The notes under the pieces are model-generated. The model was not told the origin of the DNA. It saw nothing but the letters and a program-made list of their open reading frames with translations, and ran no database searches. 64,000 nt of DNA from the human T2T-CHM13v2.0 reference genome, Homo sapiens: the NCBI RefSeq assembly GCF_009914755.1, contig NC_060929.1; one strand, written 5' to 3'. Positions 12,848 through 26,093 of the stretch are shown here, piece after piece (within the stretch, counting starts at the first letter, position 1; each line of letters opens with the position of its first letter). The translations under genes and the position numbers were made by a program.

Positions 12848-14761
12848 CTATAAAACCATAAAGAAACCACTTGCATTAGTTTCTTGATCTGTAATTTTAA
12901 TCATATGAAGAAATAACATATATTCCTACCTTCATAAAAGACAAGTAGCTAGTCATGTATTAAGCAGTGTCATCTTGTTTACTGGCAACACATAAACACT
13001 TTAAAATATTAGCTGTTATAGACCGCTATGTAAAAGGTCACCAGTAATGTTGACTGTTACCAAAAACAACTGTTATGGTCTCTCAGGTAAAGGTGAAAAG
13101 GTGGGCAATTAGAATAACTTTCAACATCTAGAAGTAAAAAAAGAAACTGACCTCAGTAGTCAGAGCATGGTCCAAGGACTATCTTCATAATCACTTGAGA
13201 CTACTAGATTTGGCATTTATGTAACTAAGGATATGTGTATCAACTCTATTTAATATTATATTTATAAAAAATGAGATCAATTACATATCATTATTTGTGT
13301 GATAATTACCTTAATGCCTTCATTATCAACATAAGATTTATGTAGCACACAAGACAGACACAAGAGCAAAATGGTCATTTATGACGAGATATCCTTGTAA
13401 AAAGCACTGATATTTCCACAATGTACTGATATTTCCACAATGTACTCCTTACTACTAGAGATTCCATAACAAATATGATACACTGATATTTCCATAAGAT
13501 ACATGTTTCTCATACAGATTCTTACTTATGCAACAGACATGCTAAAATATTTACTTGGTATCTGCTGTATATATACAAGGCACTATGCAAGGTTCCACAT
13601 TTATATACATTTATATGAAGATATTTTTGTTTGGAAAACCAAGTCTTTAAAATGTACGAATGCAGCCTAATATTAAATCAAATAATTATTTTGTAAAACA
13701 CACAAAAGAAATGCTTTCTAAATAGTAGCTATTAACATAGCAAAAACCATGCTCCTAATTTCCACCCAAAAAACACTCTTTCAAACTGTAATCTGTTACA
13801 TTTCTTTGGTTCCCATAAAACTCTTCAAGGATTACTGGAGTGGGAGGAAAACAATTATTGGATTATTCCCCTTCCCAATTCCTATTTCAACCAGTATAGG
13901 TCCCTTTCTATCTATTCTACCTATTGGGTTTCCACAGAAATCTTTATGTGAAAAAATAATTTCTCTGCTTAAAAAACAACAATACAAAAGTTTACAACCA
14001 CTGATCTAGTGCAATCTCCACCAGATGAGGTAACTGAGGCTTAGGAATGTTCAAAATTCATGAACTTTACTGCATAGATTTGTAACAGTGAGCTGTTGAG
14101 AACTTTCCCTGGCTTTGTCCTGGACAAGGTTGCCAAAGCTAGTGAGTTCCAGATAGATGAGACATTGCTGCATAATTTCTTAAATCCTGTAAGGGTACAC
14201 AATTCATTGTCTGCTACCAAGAAACCCTCTATTAAATGTGTTAAGCATTATTGAAACAAAACTGCTTAATGTTATTAAGAATAATGTAAGGGCTAGATGG
14301 ATTACATTAAATAACTACCAATGATGATGATAAATAGCTAACTTTTATTGAGTGCTTAATATGTGCTAAAGTATTCTAACATATATTGTTGACATATAAG
14401 TACCTGACATATATTAATCCACTTAAATAAATGTAAATGAATAATTTAAAACTAAGGAAAGTTGTTTAGAAGCATTTGGTCCAACCACAAAAATTATAGG
14501 TACAAAATTTTTTTGCAGCAAATACTGTGTATCTTTTAAAAGTAAAATCTAAACTGTTCACTTTGACTAGCTTGATATAATCTAAATATGGTATAGAAAT
14601 CCCTGCTGAGTCATGAGGACCAAGTATTTCATTTAGTGTTTATTAGGTTCCTATTTAATAATCACAGCTACTTAAAGTGAAAATAATTTCACTGAAATTT
14701 TCATTTATCTTTTTAAAAAAATAATAAAGAGGTCAACTTTTGGAGCCTTAAATTGACCTAC

Positions 14762-14833
14762 CTGAAAAGGTTGTTTGTTATTGTAGGTCTTAAGCTCCTG
14801 ATTCCCCCGACATGCTTCTTTTTAAAATCGATC
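14762..14833 (-). CDS. RICTOR: RICTOR alternative 72-nt cassette exon between exons 31 and 32
   Basis: Polypyrimidine tract + AAG acceptor, CAG|GTAGGT donor, phase 2-2, no stop; adds IDFKKKHVGGIRSLRPTITNNLFR. Confidence 0.85.
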
Positions 14834-15117
14834 CTTGCAGAAGCGAGAAATAAATAAAAAAAAGCTTGTGACTTGTATGTCCTTTGCAAAGCATGTATGT
14901 TTATTTTCAGGGCCTATAGGATTTTCTTCCCCCCTCGCAGCTGCAAGAATCCATTTCAAGTCATATCGGGTAACAAGGAGCTTATAGCCTACCATAGTAA
15001 ACAATTATAATAGGTCAGTGATGAGGCTCACATAGTGTAAAACCTGGCTAACATTTTGTATTTAAATTTGTTAAAATGCAACCATTATTGGTCACTTCTA
15101 AACATATATTTGCTTAC

Positions 15118-16126
15118 CTGCTTGGTGTTAATCTGGACTCAAAACTGTTGGCCTTCATGGTGATGGTATCAGTAAATAGCACATCTTTTGCTGGAGATGC
15201 CAAAGCTTCAGAGTGAGATAAGGATGGATGCATTCTTTGTTGCTGTAGTCTTTTCAGTGTAGCATAGCCAAAAGCATCTCTAGAACTTGTGTAACTAAAG
15301 TTACAATCTGCTAGACTTTTAATTGTAGCAATAGAGGGTGCTTTAAGGGACTGTGCTCTTCTAGGAAGCGTATGAGAAGAACCTGGAGGCACCAGGGACA
15401 CCGAATTTGATTTGGAGAGAGACAGATGGTTAGACTGTGGCGTCAAATAGTGGCTTGTCTTAATAGTTTTAGTACTTACCACAGTACTCATGCTTCCACA
15501 GTCTGTGTCCATAGTTGTAGCATCTACACCTACTGTCTCTCGTGAAGGACTTGAGCTCATTGAACTTATGCCACTTGTTGTAGTGTCTGTATTGAAACTT
15601 TGGCTACGTATCTTCATATGTGAGCTCGTTGAACTTTCTACTACTAACCTCTCTCGGCTTGTATTTTCTCTGTGATTCTCTGTACCAAAATTCTTGGTGA
15701 ATTTTAAGTCATTTTCTCCAATGCTTGGTGTACTACCAGTGTCTTCAATGTGCTTATTCCCCATAAATGAAGTCTCTAATTGTAATGTTTTCTGTACAGT
15801 GGATATGGGTGTAAAATCATCACTATGATTAAAATCAACACTGGGCTCCGTAAGTGTTCTGATTCGCCTGTTGCTTGTCTTACTTTCAGATGATAATTTC
15901 CCTCCTTTTGGATCACTGCTACTACGATGTTTTTTGTTAGGCAAAGTAAGCGAATTTAAGATACGATTCTTCACAAGTTTACTAGAAGCAAAGAAAGGGA
16001 ATGAATTTTTATCCTTTATGGGTCCAGATCGGTCATAAAATGTTGGCTCTGTATCTTCATTGATATCAAGGAAAAATGTACTAGTAGAGCTGCTGCCAAA
16101 CCGGTCATCCTCCAATATGAACATAC
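15118..16126 (-). CDS. RICTOR: RICTOR exon 31 (large, Ser/Thr-rich disordered region)
   Basis: 1009 nt, MFILEDDRFG...RRIRTLT(1135)E...SRLTPS. Confidence 0.99.
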
Positions 16127-16822
16127 CTATGATTGAAGGATCAATTAATAAAAACACATATAAAATGACAAATTCATGATAACTATTAGTGACATCACAT
16201 TTCAGGAAATTTTTTTTTAGTCATCTAGAGGAAAAAATTTAAAAATAAACGGTTAAACCATTCAGCTACTTGAAAATATCTTTCTTGAAACCCAGAGTTT
16301 GGACTTGAATAAAATGTAAAATTATGTAATTTATGAGAATCTCCTGTTATTTCCAAAGAAAAATTATTATAAGACCCACTATGGCACAGGTTACATGAAG
16401 TTTCTTTTGATTCTCCAAATATTCAGGATGAAATTAAAGGGAAAAAGGAGACTTGGCCATGGATGCTTACTCAATTACTACAGATTCCTAGTGGTTCTTC
16501 TTTAAATTACTATAAGCAGGAGAAATTCACCTTGTAAGAAATGAATTCCCAATCTTAAAATATACTTACAGAGAACCAAGTGGTAACATTATAAATTCAT
16601 GTTTAAATTATGTTTATTTCTCATTTTACCTTAGATACTAAGAAACTCATTAAATTTAGTGCCCAATTCTACTAGAAGACGCAACCCAAGTGAGTGCCTA
16701 ATGACATCTATACGATTTTTCTTTTATTAACTTTTCTGTTGAATAATTACAAATACTTCAAATATATTTTCAAAGAAGGTAAAAGAAAATCCTAAGTGAA
16801 TTTGCATACTGCATTACCATTT

Positions 16823-17022
16823 CTATATTTTGTCAATTCTAAGATGCACACTTTTCACATTTAATCCCTTCTATTTTCACACAGAATCTGATTCTAAAAT
16901 CAATATGCATCTTGTAGTATGTCCTAGTTTAATAGGCAGCACTTCTTCTTTCTTCTTCTTTTGTGGTACATAAAATATTGGCATATTTCATAATTCATGG
17001 CATCTCAGATTTGGTGAAATAC
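16823..17022. mobile_element. MER104-like Tc2 MITE remnant
   Basis: attctaagatgcacacttttcacattt start and ggcatctcagatttggtgaaatac end form degenerate TIRs. Confidence 0.5.
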
Positions 17023-17601
17023 ACAGTCTGATAAAGCTGACACTATCTTCTTAAAAGGAAGAACCATGCCTTAAATTTTGTACACCTAACACCACTTAGC
17101 ACAGGACTTAAAACCACAAATCATTTTATATACAACTATTTTTGTTACTCTATTAACAATTTCACTATTTTAAAATTTAGTGCTTCTCTCAAAAATGAAG
17201 ATGTGAATATAATATCAGTTAAAAATATATTCTGGCTCAACAATCTCAGTATCTGAAAAATGAGTAAAAAGATTAAATAAAGAAGGTAGACAAATAAATA
17301 CTTGTTATATTTGTTTCTTTTCTGTCAAAAAAAGGAGGACTGGTTCTTCTGGCACATGGCTTATTACATAACTTTGTAGGAATCCTCAAAAGCTACTTAG
17401 AATATAAGGAGAGAGAAAAATGTAAGCTGGTGATTATACTCTTTGTTATGAAAATATACACATTCTCCAAGAGGCTATTATTGCCAAATAATTATCTTAG
17501 ACAAAAGCAAATTACAAATGTAACAAATACATTTAAATTCTAAAATTCAAATATAAATGTTAACATTGGCTAACTTTATATGAACCTGTCAGGATACTCA
17601 C

Positions 17602-17831
17602 TCGATGGCACAGATTCACTTTCACTATTATGTCTAGAGCTGGTTGACTCCGAGTTCAAACTTAGAGTGCTTGGGATAGATGAAAGTTCATTACAGAGTT
17701 GTTCCACATCATCTGGAACCACTGGCCACAGATGTTTGCGACTATGCCTCACAGCATCCCAGTTGTGACATTTTAGAATATCACAGCCTTGTTTGGTTTT
17801 AGCTATGAGCCCAAGTACATATACACAGGTC
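17602..17831 (-). CDS. RICTOR: RICTOR exon 30
   Basis: 230 nt, TCVYVLGLIAKTKQGC...SESVPS. Confidence 0.98.
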
Positions 17832-18389
17832 CTGTATATAAAAGATGCAGTAAAAACAGTTATAATTCCAAGCTGAGATTTCTTAAAGCCACCACAGATT
17901 AATTTGCTATACATACTTTGAACTTTCTCTAAAACCCACCAAAATGGTTGCGTTTGTGGAAAAAAAAAACTTATTAAGACTAGTCAGGAATAAATTAGCA
18001 GCAATAAAAAACAAGCAAACCTTCCCAATAAAAATAGTAATTACAACAAAATAAAAAGAACACAATGCAACATGAGCAAAAAAGGTATATTAGCTTTTCT
18101 AGTATAAATCTGGAACAGCTGGGTTACTGGAATACTGGAGTATCTGTACAACACTATGCCTTACCTGTTACCTACAAGGTAAACTTCAATATAATAAAAA
18201 TCAAATTATAGTAGTAAACAAGGAGTTCGTTTAGATGTTTAACTTAATACAGTTAATAATCTTGTATCATTAGAACTTTCAGTGGATTAACAGTTATGCA
18301 TTGCACTTAATCATAAAATACTTTCCCCTAACATCCATTTGTGAATAACAACGTCTACATTAGAAAGATTTCTGAGTTAAATGACCTAC

Positions 18390-18496
18390 CCTCTGATGGA
18401 AAGAACTTCACACTGTTTTGCAAGTTTTAGTATATCTGGAATCACGTTTTCTTCCTGTAGCAAATTGAGACCCCAATTTGATGAGCCGATATTTCC
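18390..18496 (-). CDS. RICTOR: RICTOR exon 29
   Basis: 107 nt, GNIGSSNWG...EVLSIR. Confidence 0.98.
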
Positions 18497-18865
18497 CTGA
18501 AAGAAAAGAAATCACTTACATCAAATATAAGAGTCACTCTTTCAAAAGATTTGGAAAGCTACCAAGAAACAAATTTAACCTCATCTCTGAGAGAGAAAAA
18601 ATGTAAAAGCCTCCTCAAGTACAAAACATTAGGCATGAATTAATTCTAGTTGTCTTAGCAACAAAACAAAAGTCATGAAACCAATAGTTCAACCATCTAT
18701 TCTTCAACATAGAGATAATACACTTATATCGGCAGGAACAATCCAGTCTAAAATATTAATCTAATAAGTAGTTCCAAAGAAAATATTTATCTATTTAGTA
18801 TAAATGAAAAAAAAACTTAAAAATCTAAAAATTGCGAAGATCTTACAGAAGTGTTTATTACAAAC

Positions 18866-18958
18866 CAAGGCCCAAAGAGATGCTTTCAGTTTTTTAATTT
18901 CTTCCCACTTATCCAAATCTGGTGTACGAACATTACGACAGAGTTCTGTAATAATATT
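18866..18958 (-). CDS. RICTOR: RICTOR exon 28
   Basis: 93 nt, NIITELCR...ASLWAL, donor GTTTGT. Confidence 0.96.
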
Positions 18959-19109
18959 CTGGAGAAAGAAAAAAAAAATACCATGAGTAATAATATATTT
19001 ATGTATTTAATATATTATTATTGCATCATAAAACCAGTATAACGTTTGTTTTTTGTCATTTTTGCATATTTAAATTCTAAATAATTTTATGTAAAATTTC
19101 TTGAGAAGC

Positions 19110-19320
19110 AGCATAGGGCAGGGGTTCTGAATTCACATTCTAGAATTATCACTTATTAACTGCATGGCCTTGGGCAAGTTACTTCATCTCCTCATCCTTT
19201 GATTTCCTAATATCTAGAAGAGTGATAATAACATTTGCATCATAAGGTTTCAAGATTTAATAAATTATTGCACATACAGTGCTTACCAAAGTACTTGGCA
19301 CTTAGTATTACTAAATAATC
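19110..19320 (+). mobile_element. MIR
   Basis: ccttgggcaagttactt core and downstream cagtgctta. Confidence 0.7.
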
Positions 19321-20177
19321 ATACTTATTCTTTAAAACAGAAAGTAAATTAGTGCTTAGGTTTTATCATACTATGTAAGTAGTAACACTGAGAAAATCAT
19401 TTAAATTTTTAGTGAAATTTTCAAATGTTAATATGAAAATACTTGTCCCAACAGTTTTCACAGACGTAATATAAAAACACATGAAACTATAGAGTACATT
19501 TATGCAAAACTGTGCTCTTGAGATGAATACTGATACAATCGGGAACTAAATTGTTAAATAACTATTGTTCTGTCACAAAAACAAATATTCCTATAACTTT
19601 ATTTCTAAAATAAGAGAAACGTTACATTTATTGGAAACAGTTGCATGACATATTCACAACCATAAATGCGGTGTACATATTATAACTCAAAGAACAACTG
19701 CTTGCCTATGCTTGTTAACATTCCATGAAGTACGCGAGAATAAAATGTGCTCACAACCAGCAACTTTCAATTTATTGCTCAACAAGGATAACTTAATCTG
19801 TATTAGGTTCAGTTTAATTTCCCAATGAGTGGAAGAAAAACTCGGTTTTTCAGTACGTTTTTGGAGATCTGAATTTCTCCACTAAACTCTAAAAAAAGAA
19901 CTCAGATCTTCATTGGATTGCTTACTCTACATAACAAGTTAGTTATTCAAAAAGTCATACACAAGTCAGTTAATGCATTGCAAGGCCATTAATATTTCTC
20001 AGGTTAATAAATATAGAATGCCTAAGTCAATTACAAAATAGATGAATTTAAAAGCAATTACACCACTGATATTAAAGCTTTTGAGAAGTTTTTGCAAAGG
20101 TAATATTTTAGCAATGTTAAGATTTTGTTTTTTTTTTACTATTGTAGCTACTTAAAATAAGTGAATTATGTTTTTAC

Positions 20178-20265
20178 CTGTACTTCCAACAAATGGCAGC
20201 CTGTTTTATGGTGTACTAGTTGTCCATAAAGGTGTATAGGCAGGTAGACGTGAGGACGCTGTAAT
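20178..20265 (-). CDS. RICTOR: RICTOR exon 27
   Basis: 88 nt, LQRPHVYLPIHLYGQL...LEVQ. Confidence 0.98.
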
Positions 20266-20427
20266 CTAGTATAATAAAGATGATTACTATATCTCCTGGC
20301 TAATTTAAATATGCTAATTAGAACAAAAGAATTTTAATAAATGTTTGATAAATAAAATTAGATACAACTCTCCAGCATAAATAAAAATATGAAAGTAACA
20401 AGGAATGAGGATTTCTCAGGTAAAATA

Positions 20428-20737
20428 TAGGCTGGGCTTCCCTAATCCAAAATGATCCAAAATCCAAAACTTTTTGAGCACTGACATGACACTGTAAGTG
20501 GAAAATTCCACACATTAGTATTTAATGCAAACTATTTCATACAGAAAATTACTTATAACACTGCATAAAATTATGTTTAGGCTACGTGTATAAGGCGTAT
20601 ATGAAACAGATTAATTTCATGTTTAGACTTGGGTACCATTCCCAAGGTATCTCGTTATATATATGCAAATATTCCAAATCTGAAAAAATCTGAAATGCGA
20701 AACATTTCATCATTTTGGATAAGTGATGTTCAACCTG
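20428..20737. mobile_element. Tigger4-derived MITE (MER46C/Tigger4b-like)
   Basis: TIR ...tcaacctg followed by TA; homologous to 59225-59892. Confidence 0.8.
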
Positions 20738-20998
20738 TAACAGTTTATCAGAGCTCAAAGTACTGGTAAGAGAATCTAGGCCTAGAAATACAGACTGGGG
20801 TGCCAGCATGGAGTATATGTGAATGCGTTATCAGTAAGGATATTCAACATGCCATGAATGCCACTGAATTTTTGAGCAATTAATGCTGCGCATTAAGATT
20901 CTTCCTATATCATGTTAGAAGCAGAATATACAAAAACTCAGAAATGTTAAAAATAATTTATGATGAACTAGTTTTAAATCTGATAACTGGGTACGCAC

Positions 20999-21108
20999 CT
21001 TTGGTTACTCCGACGAACATAGTTATCACCATCAACAGGCTTCCGGTAAGTAGTAAGTGCTTCATTGAGTTGTTCCTCAATCAAGTCAACATATTTGGAG
21101 TTGTATTC
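20999..21108 (-). CDS. RICTOR: RICTOR exon 26
   Basis: 110 nt, EYNSKYVDLIEEQ...RRSNQ. Confidence 0.98.
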
Positions 21109-21279
21109 CTAGAGGATAATATTGTTTTAATTGCACATAGTATCACAATGAGTCACTAAATTTAAAATATGTCAGATACTTAGCAAAGGGTAGACAGATC
21201 AAGGTATTATGAATGCAAATGTTCTATCATATCCATAAGCTTTTGGCTCAGGTTTCAACTAGTACTATATACTAATGAC

Positions 21280-22100
21280 CCCCATATCTGCCATTTTCCT
21301 CACAAATCTGAGCTCCAGATCCACATTTTCAAGCCATCACTTGGTTACTGCACAGACAATGCCAGTTCAACATATTGAAAATTCATTAGCCTAATCTTGA
21401 ATCACTTTTTATAAATGTGATCTCTTAATAGTGATCCATTATATATTGTCATTAAATTAGAAACCTTATGAGCCAAGTTGGACCTCTTATTTACTGTATC
21501 CAATCAGCCCACAAATTCTGTCCATCTTATTTTGAAAATACCCAGAAAATGCGTCCTCATCTAATCAACCTAACTACCAGTGAAGTTCAGGCACTCATCA
21601 ATTCTTGTTTCTAAACTTGTGTCAATATTTCTAGACTTTACCTTCAATGATCAAAATTCCTCCTCTTCACTGCAACCTGTCAGATTACTAAAGCACAACT
21701 CTGATCACTCTTTAAAAGCTGTTAAGGATTCCCCACTATATATACAATTGAAATCCCTTAGGATGATATAATATGGCTTACGAGGCCTTTTACAATCTAG
21801 CTTTAATTTACCATTCCAGCCTCATCTTGCCACTCCACACTTACCTTAGTTCCAACTACATTGGAATATGACTTTCTTCATAAGTCTATAATGTTCCAAT
21901 GATCTATACAGCTTTATTCTGCTCCTTCTTCCGTGGATACCCTTCTTCTAATTTATTTGCCTACTTACTCCTCAAGACCATTTCAAGTATCACATCTACG
22001 GCTCCTATTCAACATTTCTTTTGATAATCCCTAAGGCAGAATCATTAATCTCTCCTCTGTGTTCCCTTATACCTTGCATGTAACTTTGTTATAGCTCTTA
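21280..22100 (-). mobile_element. L2 remnant
   Basis: Degenerate L2-like motifs (ccagcctcatct, tcctcaagac); boundaries approximate. Confidence 0.5.
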
Positions 22101-23055
22101 TATTTTATGCTATTTTCAAGCACTGCACCAATATTCTAAGCAATTTTCTAATACTATGATTTGTATAATAAATTTTATTATGATGATTTAAATATCTTCT
22201 AGGAAACAAACCTATCACATCTTGTCTCAGTTCTACAATTCATCAAATACTAAAAGACTTCATGCCTTAAGTTGTATGCTTGGAAGTTTTAGTCCATTTA
22301 AGGAGTATCTCTTATGAAATATGGTTCAATATAGACACTATAAAAGAATCTGTAACTATGTTAACAAAAAAGAGAAAACAGGATAACTGATCTGAAATGA
22401 TGAAAAATCTAAAAATCATTTATATCGGTAAAGATCATTTTGACCATGGGTTTCCAAGATGCTTCGATGACTTATAATACTTCAAACAAAATAATGAAGC
22501 CACAGCAATCACCAGCTAAAGAAAAGCTAGAAAAGTTGTTTCATATCTTCAAACTACTCCCTTCTTAGCAGGTTTCCCTATGACAGCAAGAAGTTCATTC
22601 TCAGATTTAGGTAAAGTAGTATCCTAAAGTAAAGTTTAACTAAATGATTATATCTCCTTGGGATTTCAATCTCCCTTCATTTAAAAAAATTATTTTGGTT
22701 TTAGCTTAAAGGGCTCATGCAAAGTTGTAGGCCATATTAAGGGACCGAAGAATGAAAGAAATGATAAACAGGGCCAAAAATTAGATTATAAAATCAAATG
22801 AGTTGAGAGTCAAATTTCAATAGAACGAATACAGTCAACAGTTCAGAATGAAAGAAATAACTGTAGTTTAAAAAAATGTATAACTATAAATACTAGCAAT
22901 TATGCAGAATTTAGGATTCAACTTGATATTGATGTTTAAATATTTAACCTTATTAATTTCAAAACACTGATATAAAAAAACCATCCTCTAAATTCACAAA
23001 TCAATTTCAGAAGATAAAAACACACAAATTCAACTTTATTCAAATAAGAAGTTAC

Positions 23056-23134
23056 CCTGTGCCACTTTTCCAATTGTTTTGCTACATAACCTCTTTCATT
23101 CAGATAGGAAAATCCTTTTGGAATGGAGAGAAAT
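23056..23134 (-). CDS. RICTOR: RICTOR exon 25
   Basis: 79 nt, FLSIPKGFSYLNERG...KWHR. Confidence 0.98.
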
Positions 23135-23360
23135 CTGCAAATTAAAACAAGCAATAGTTTAACATTGAGTCTGGCAAAAACGTATCTTAAGAAGCTAAAA
23201 TAACTAAAATTTAAAAAAGTATAAGGAGCTAAAAGACTTTAGGAATAGTTCGTTCCTAAAACTAAAAGGTCAACTATAATTTATTATAACTTCAATTACA
23301 AATAAATTTTCACAATCTTTGCAACAACACGCGAACCCAATCACAATAAAGAAAATGTCA

Positions 23361-23649
23361 GCCAGGCACGGGGGCTCACGCCTGTAATTCCAGCACTGTG
23401 GGAGGCCAAGGTGAGTGGATCACCTGGTCAAGAGTTCAAGACCAGCCTGGCCAACATGGTGAAACTCCGACTCTACTAAAAATACAAAAAATTAGCTGGG
23501 CGTGGTGGTGTGCGCCTTTAGTCCCAGCTACTTGGGAGGCTGAGGCAGGAGAATCACTTGAACTTGGGAGGCAGTGGTTGCATCGAGCCAACATTGGACC
23601 ATTGCACTCTGGCCTGGATGACAAAGCGAGGCCGTCTCAATAAAAAAAA
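23361..23649 (+). mobile_element. Alu (AluS-like)
   Basis: Sense Alu; TSD core gaaaatgtca. Confidence 0.95.
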
Positions 23650-23846
23650 GGAAAATGTCATGAAAAGTATGAACAGACCAAAAAAATTAAAAAAAAAGAA
23701 AAACCCAAAATAATGAAAAGACAATGTTTCAATATTAAAAGGTAAACTCTTCAGCGTACTTCCCATTTGGATTTGAATCTATCTTTAATATACACTGCCA
23801 AAGAACACAACAAAAAAACATAACAGAAAATTTACTTAAAATTTAC

Positions 23847-23923
23847 CTCAGCAGGAGAAGCAAACCCTTGTCTCCAAGGTGGGATAACGCTGGTTTCATC
23901 TGAATGAGAGCATGAAGATTGGC
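23847..23923 (-). CDS. RICTOR: RICTOR exon 24
   Basis: 77 nt, ANLHALIQMKP...GLLLLL. Confidence 0.98.
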
Positions 23924-24070
23924 CTAAAAGAGATTATCATTATTTTTTTATAATTGCACAAAAATAGCAAAATTTTTAGTTCCAAAATGCCTATTATATA
24001 CTTTTACATAATTGTCAAATGAGTATTTCAAAAAAATTTAAGTATTAAATTGTAAAAAATGAACCTTTAC

Positions 24071-24235
24071 CTTGTCTTCACATGCTTCATCGAGGATATC
24101 AAGAGCTTCAGAGGAAATCGTTTTGTTTTTATCATGTAGCTGGGTCACTAACAACTCAATTCCCCAATTATTAAAGAATTCAACATTAGCTCTCAATAAT
24201 ACCCTTAAATGTTTTGTTGCATAGAGTCTGCAGGC
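24071..24235 (-). CDS. RICTOR: RICTOR exon 23
   Basis: 165 nt, ACRLYATKHL...EACEDK. Confidence 0.98.
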
Positions 24236-24598
24236 CTATAAGGATAAATGAATACATTAAAAAAAAAAACAACTTCAGCATAAATAGCCTATTTGATTTT
24301 ATTTTGGGATAGTCCTGCTACTTGAAAAGGGAAGAATGCCTGGAATTGGTGGTCTAGCCCTTGATATGAATACTTTTTTGGTTCTTGTGAAATAGAATAC
24401 TTCCCTTTCTATCTAGCAGCTTCTTCCCCCGATACAAAAATCTGAGTACTATATGCAGTTCCTTGGAGAAACTAAAATTTTAAAGTAAACTCAATTTCCA
24501 TATCATATTCTTAGAACTTAATTTTACTTAGCCCAAAATTCATAAAGTAGTGAATTAATTGGTTATAAATATAGTTTTACTGGCTATGTTATACTCAC

Positions 24599-24725
24599 AT
24601 CAGTAGCTGCAGTTAAAATTTTGGAAAGGATGACTCTAGCCAATCCATCTCTGCTATAGTCCAAGCTAGAAACAGTAAGTTTTAGCAAGTGATCTTGGTT
24701 TTTCAAGGAGCAAAGATTAAGGAGA
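24599..24725 (-). CDS. RICTOR: RICTOR exon 22
   Basis: 127 nt, LLNLCSLKNQ...TAATD. Confidence 0.98.
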
Positions 24726-24794
24726 CTTAAAAGAAAAAAAAAATAAGAATGGTTAAAAGAAATTACTATATTGATACATTAATTAAACAAATAT

Positions 24795-24930
24795 TTTTTC
24801 CAGCTTTACTGAAGTATAAATGACAAATAAAAATTGTATTATTCAAAGTGTATAACTTGATTTGATATACACATACATTGTGAAGATTACCACAATCAAT
24901 GAACACATCAATCATCATACATAGTTACTA
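24795..24930 (-). mobile_element. Old L1 (L1MA/MB) 3' end fragment
   Basis: cagctttactgaagtataaatgacaaataaaaattgta...catacattgtgaa. Confidence 0.65.
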
Positions 24931-25182
24931 TTTTGAATGCTGGAGTGGGAAGAGCATGAAGTCAATTCAACGTATATTTTTAAAATTCCTAATATAAACA
25001 AGCTTTTTGGAAAGAAAGCATTTAATAACAACAATTTTAAAAAGAATATTAAAGCAAAGATAATGCTAATTTAAAATAAAACTTAACCAAACACACGTAC
25101 ACAGAATAAAAAGCATACCATATCTAACTACATTAAAAATAAAGTTCATGTATATATTGCAACAAAATCTGGGAATGCTCAC

Positions 25183-25382
25183 CACTGAAATACACTGCAT
25201 TTTTCCAGCATTTTAACTCCATGAGGGTGGCAAGAAAGTGTTCCAATAAATAAAAAGTAGTGTTGACTAAGGGTGGTCAATAAACCATTATTTTGAAGAC
25301 TTCTTTCGGGTTTCATTCCAGATGAAGCATTGAGCCACTGAACAATATCCTTTACTAGATCTTCTAAGTAGCCTTGCCCATC
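25183..25382 (-). CDS. RICTOR: RICTOR exon 21
   Basis: 200 nt, DGQGYLEDLV...KCSVFQ. Confidence 0.98.
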
Positions 25383-25489
25383 CTAAAAGTAAATACATTG
25401 TGATATTGTGAGAAAAGCATTCAAAATCTGTAATTAGAAAATCAACTTCAATCAAGTACAAAAACTTACTAATAATGATGAAGTTACCA

Positions 25490-25670
25490 ATAATAGCTAT
25501 CAATCAGTGAGTACCTGTTGTTTTCTAATCCACTTCAACACAATGCTGCATGGAGATGATATTATTCTCCATTTTACAGAAGAGTAAACCAGGTTTTCTA
25601 GAGGGCAGATAACTTGCCCAGTCTCATAAACTAGTGACTAAGTCGGGATTCAACTCTAGGTCTGGGATCA
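25490..25670 (-). mobile_element. MIR
   Basis: ccattttacagaagagtaaac...taacttgccc...ggattcaactctaggtctg. Confidence 0.7.
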
Positions 25671-25802
25671 TTTCTTATGTTTCCAAATACGGCTTATGCA
25701 TATTCAGAAATAAAAGCAAAACACAAGGTGGAAACAGAGGGAGGGTAAGGGAAGCAAATTCAATAAAAAACATTTGCTCTGGAAAATATTCAGAATGCCC
25801 AC

Positions 25803-25938
25803 CTCTTCAGATTCAAGAAGAAATTCTGTAAACTGGCAACCTACAACCGTGAGCTGTTTGGCCTTGGCAAAATCCAGATCCAGGTTGGCATATAATTTAC
25901 TGCTGGGCTTGTAAAAATAAAGTAGTCTTCGTACAAAC
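25803..25938 (-). CDS. RICTOR: RICTOR exon 20
   Basis: 136 nt, FVRRLLYFYKP...LLESEE. Confidence 0.98.
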
Positions 25939-26093
25939 CTAAAATCAAAACACAAGTAGCAAAAAGGTAAGAAATGAAGCAATTATTTTAGAATCTTAAC
26001 CATTACTTATGACATAATAAGGCTTTCAGAATATGTTTTGGGTCTGAACCATTGGGATAAATGGCAAGAAATGTATTAAAAGTGTTTGGTACA

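Noticed and set aside
14822-15004. 60-aa minus-strand ORF upstream of the cassette exon
   Set aside because: Short, in a different frame from the exon, with no supporting splice sites
21097-21099. Codon 837, recalled as a common Ser/Phe polymorphism
   Set aside because: Reads TCC (Ser), the reference state; no coding lesion seen in any exon
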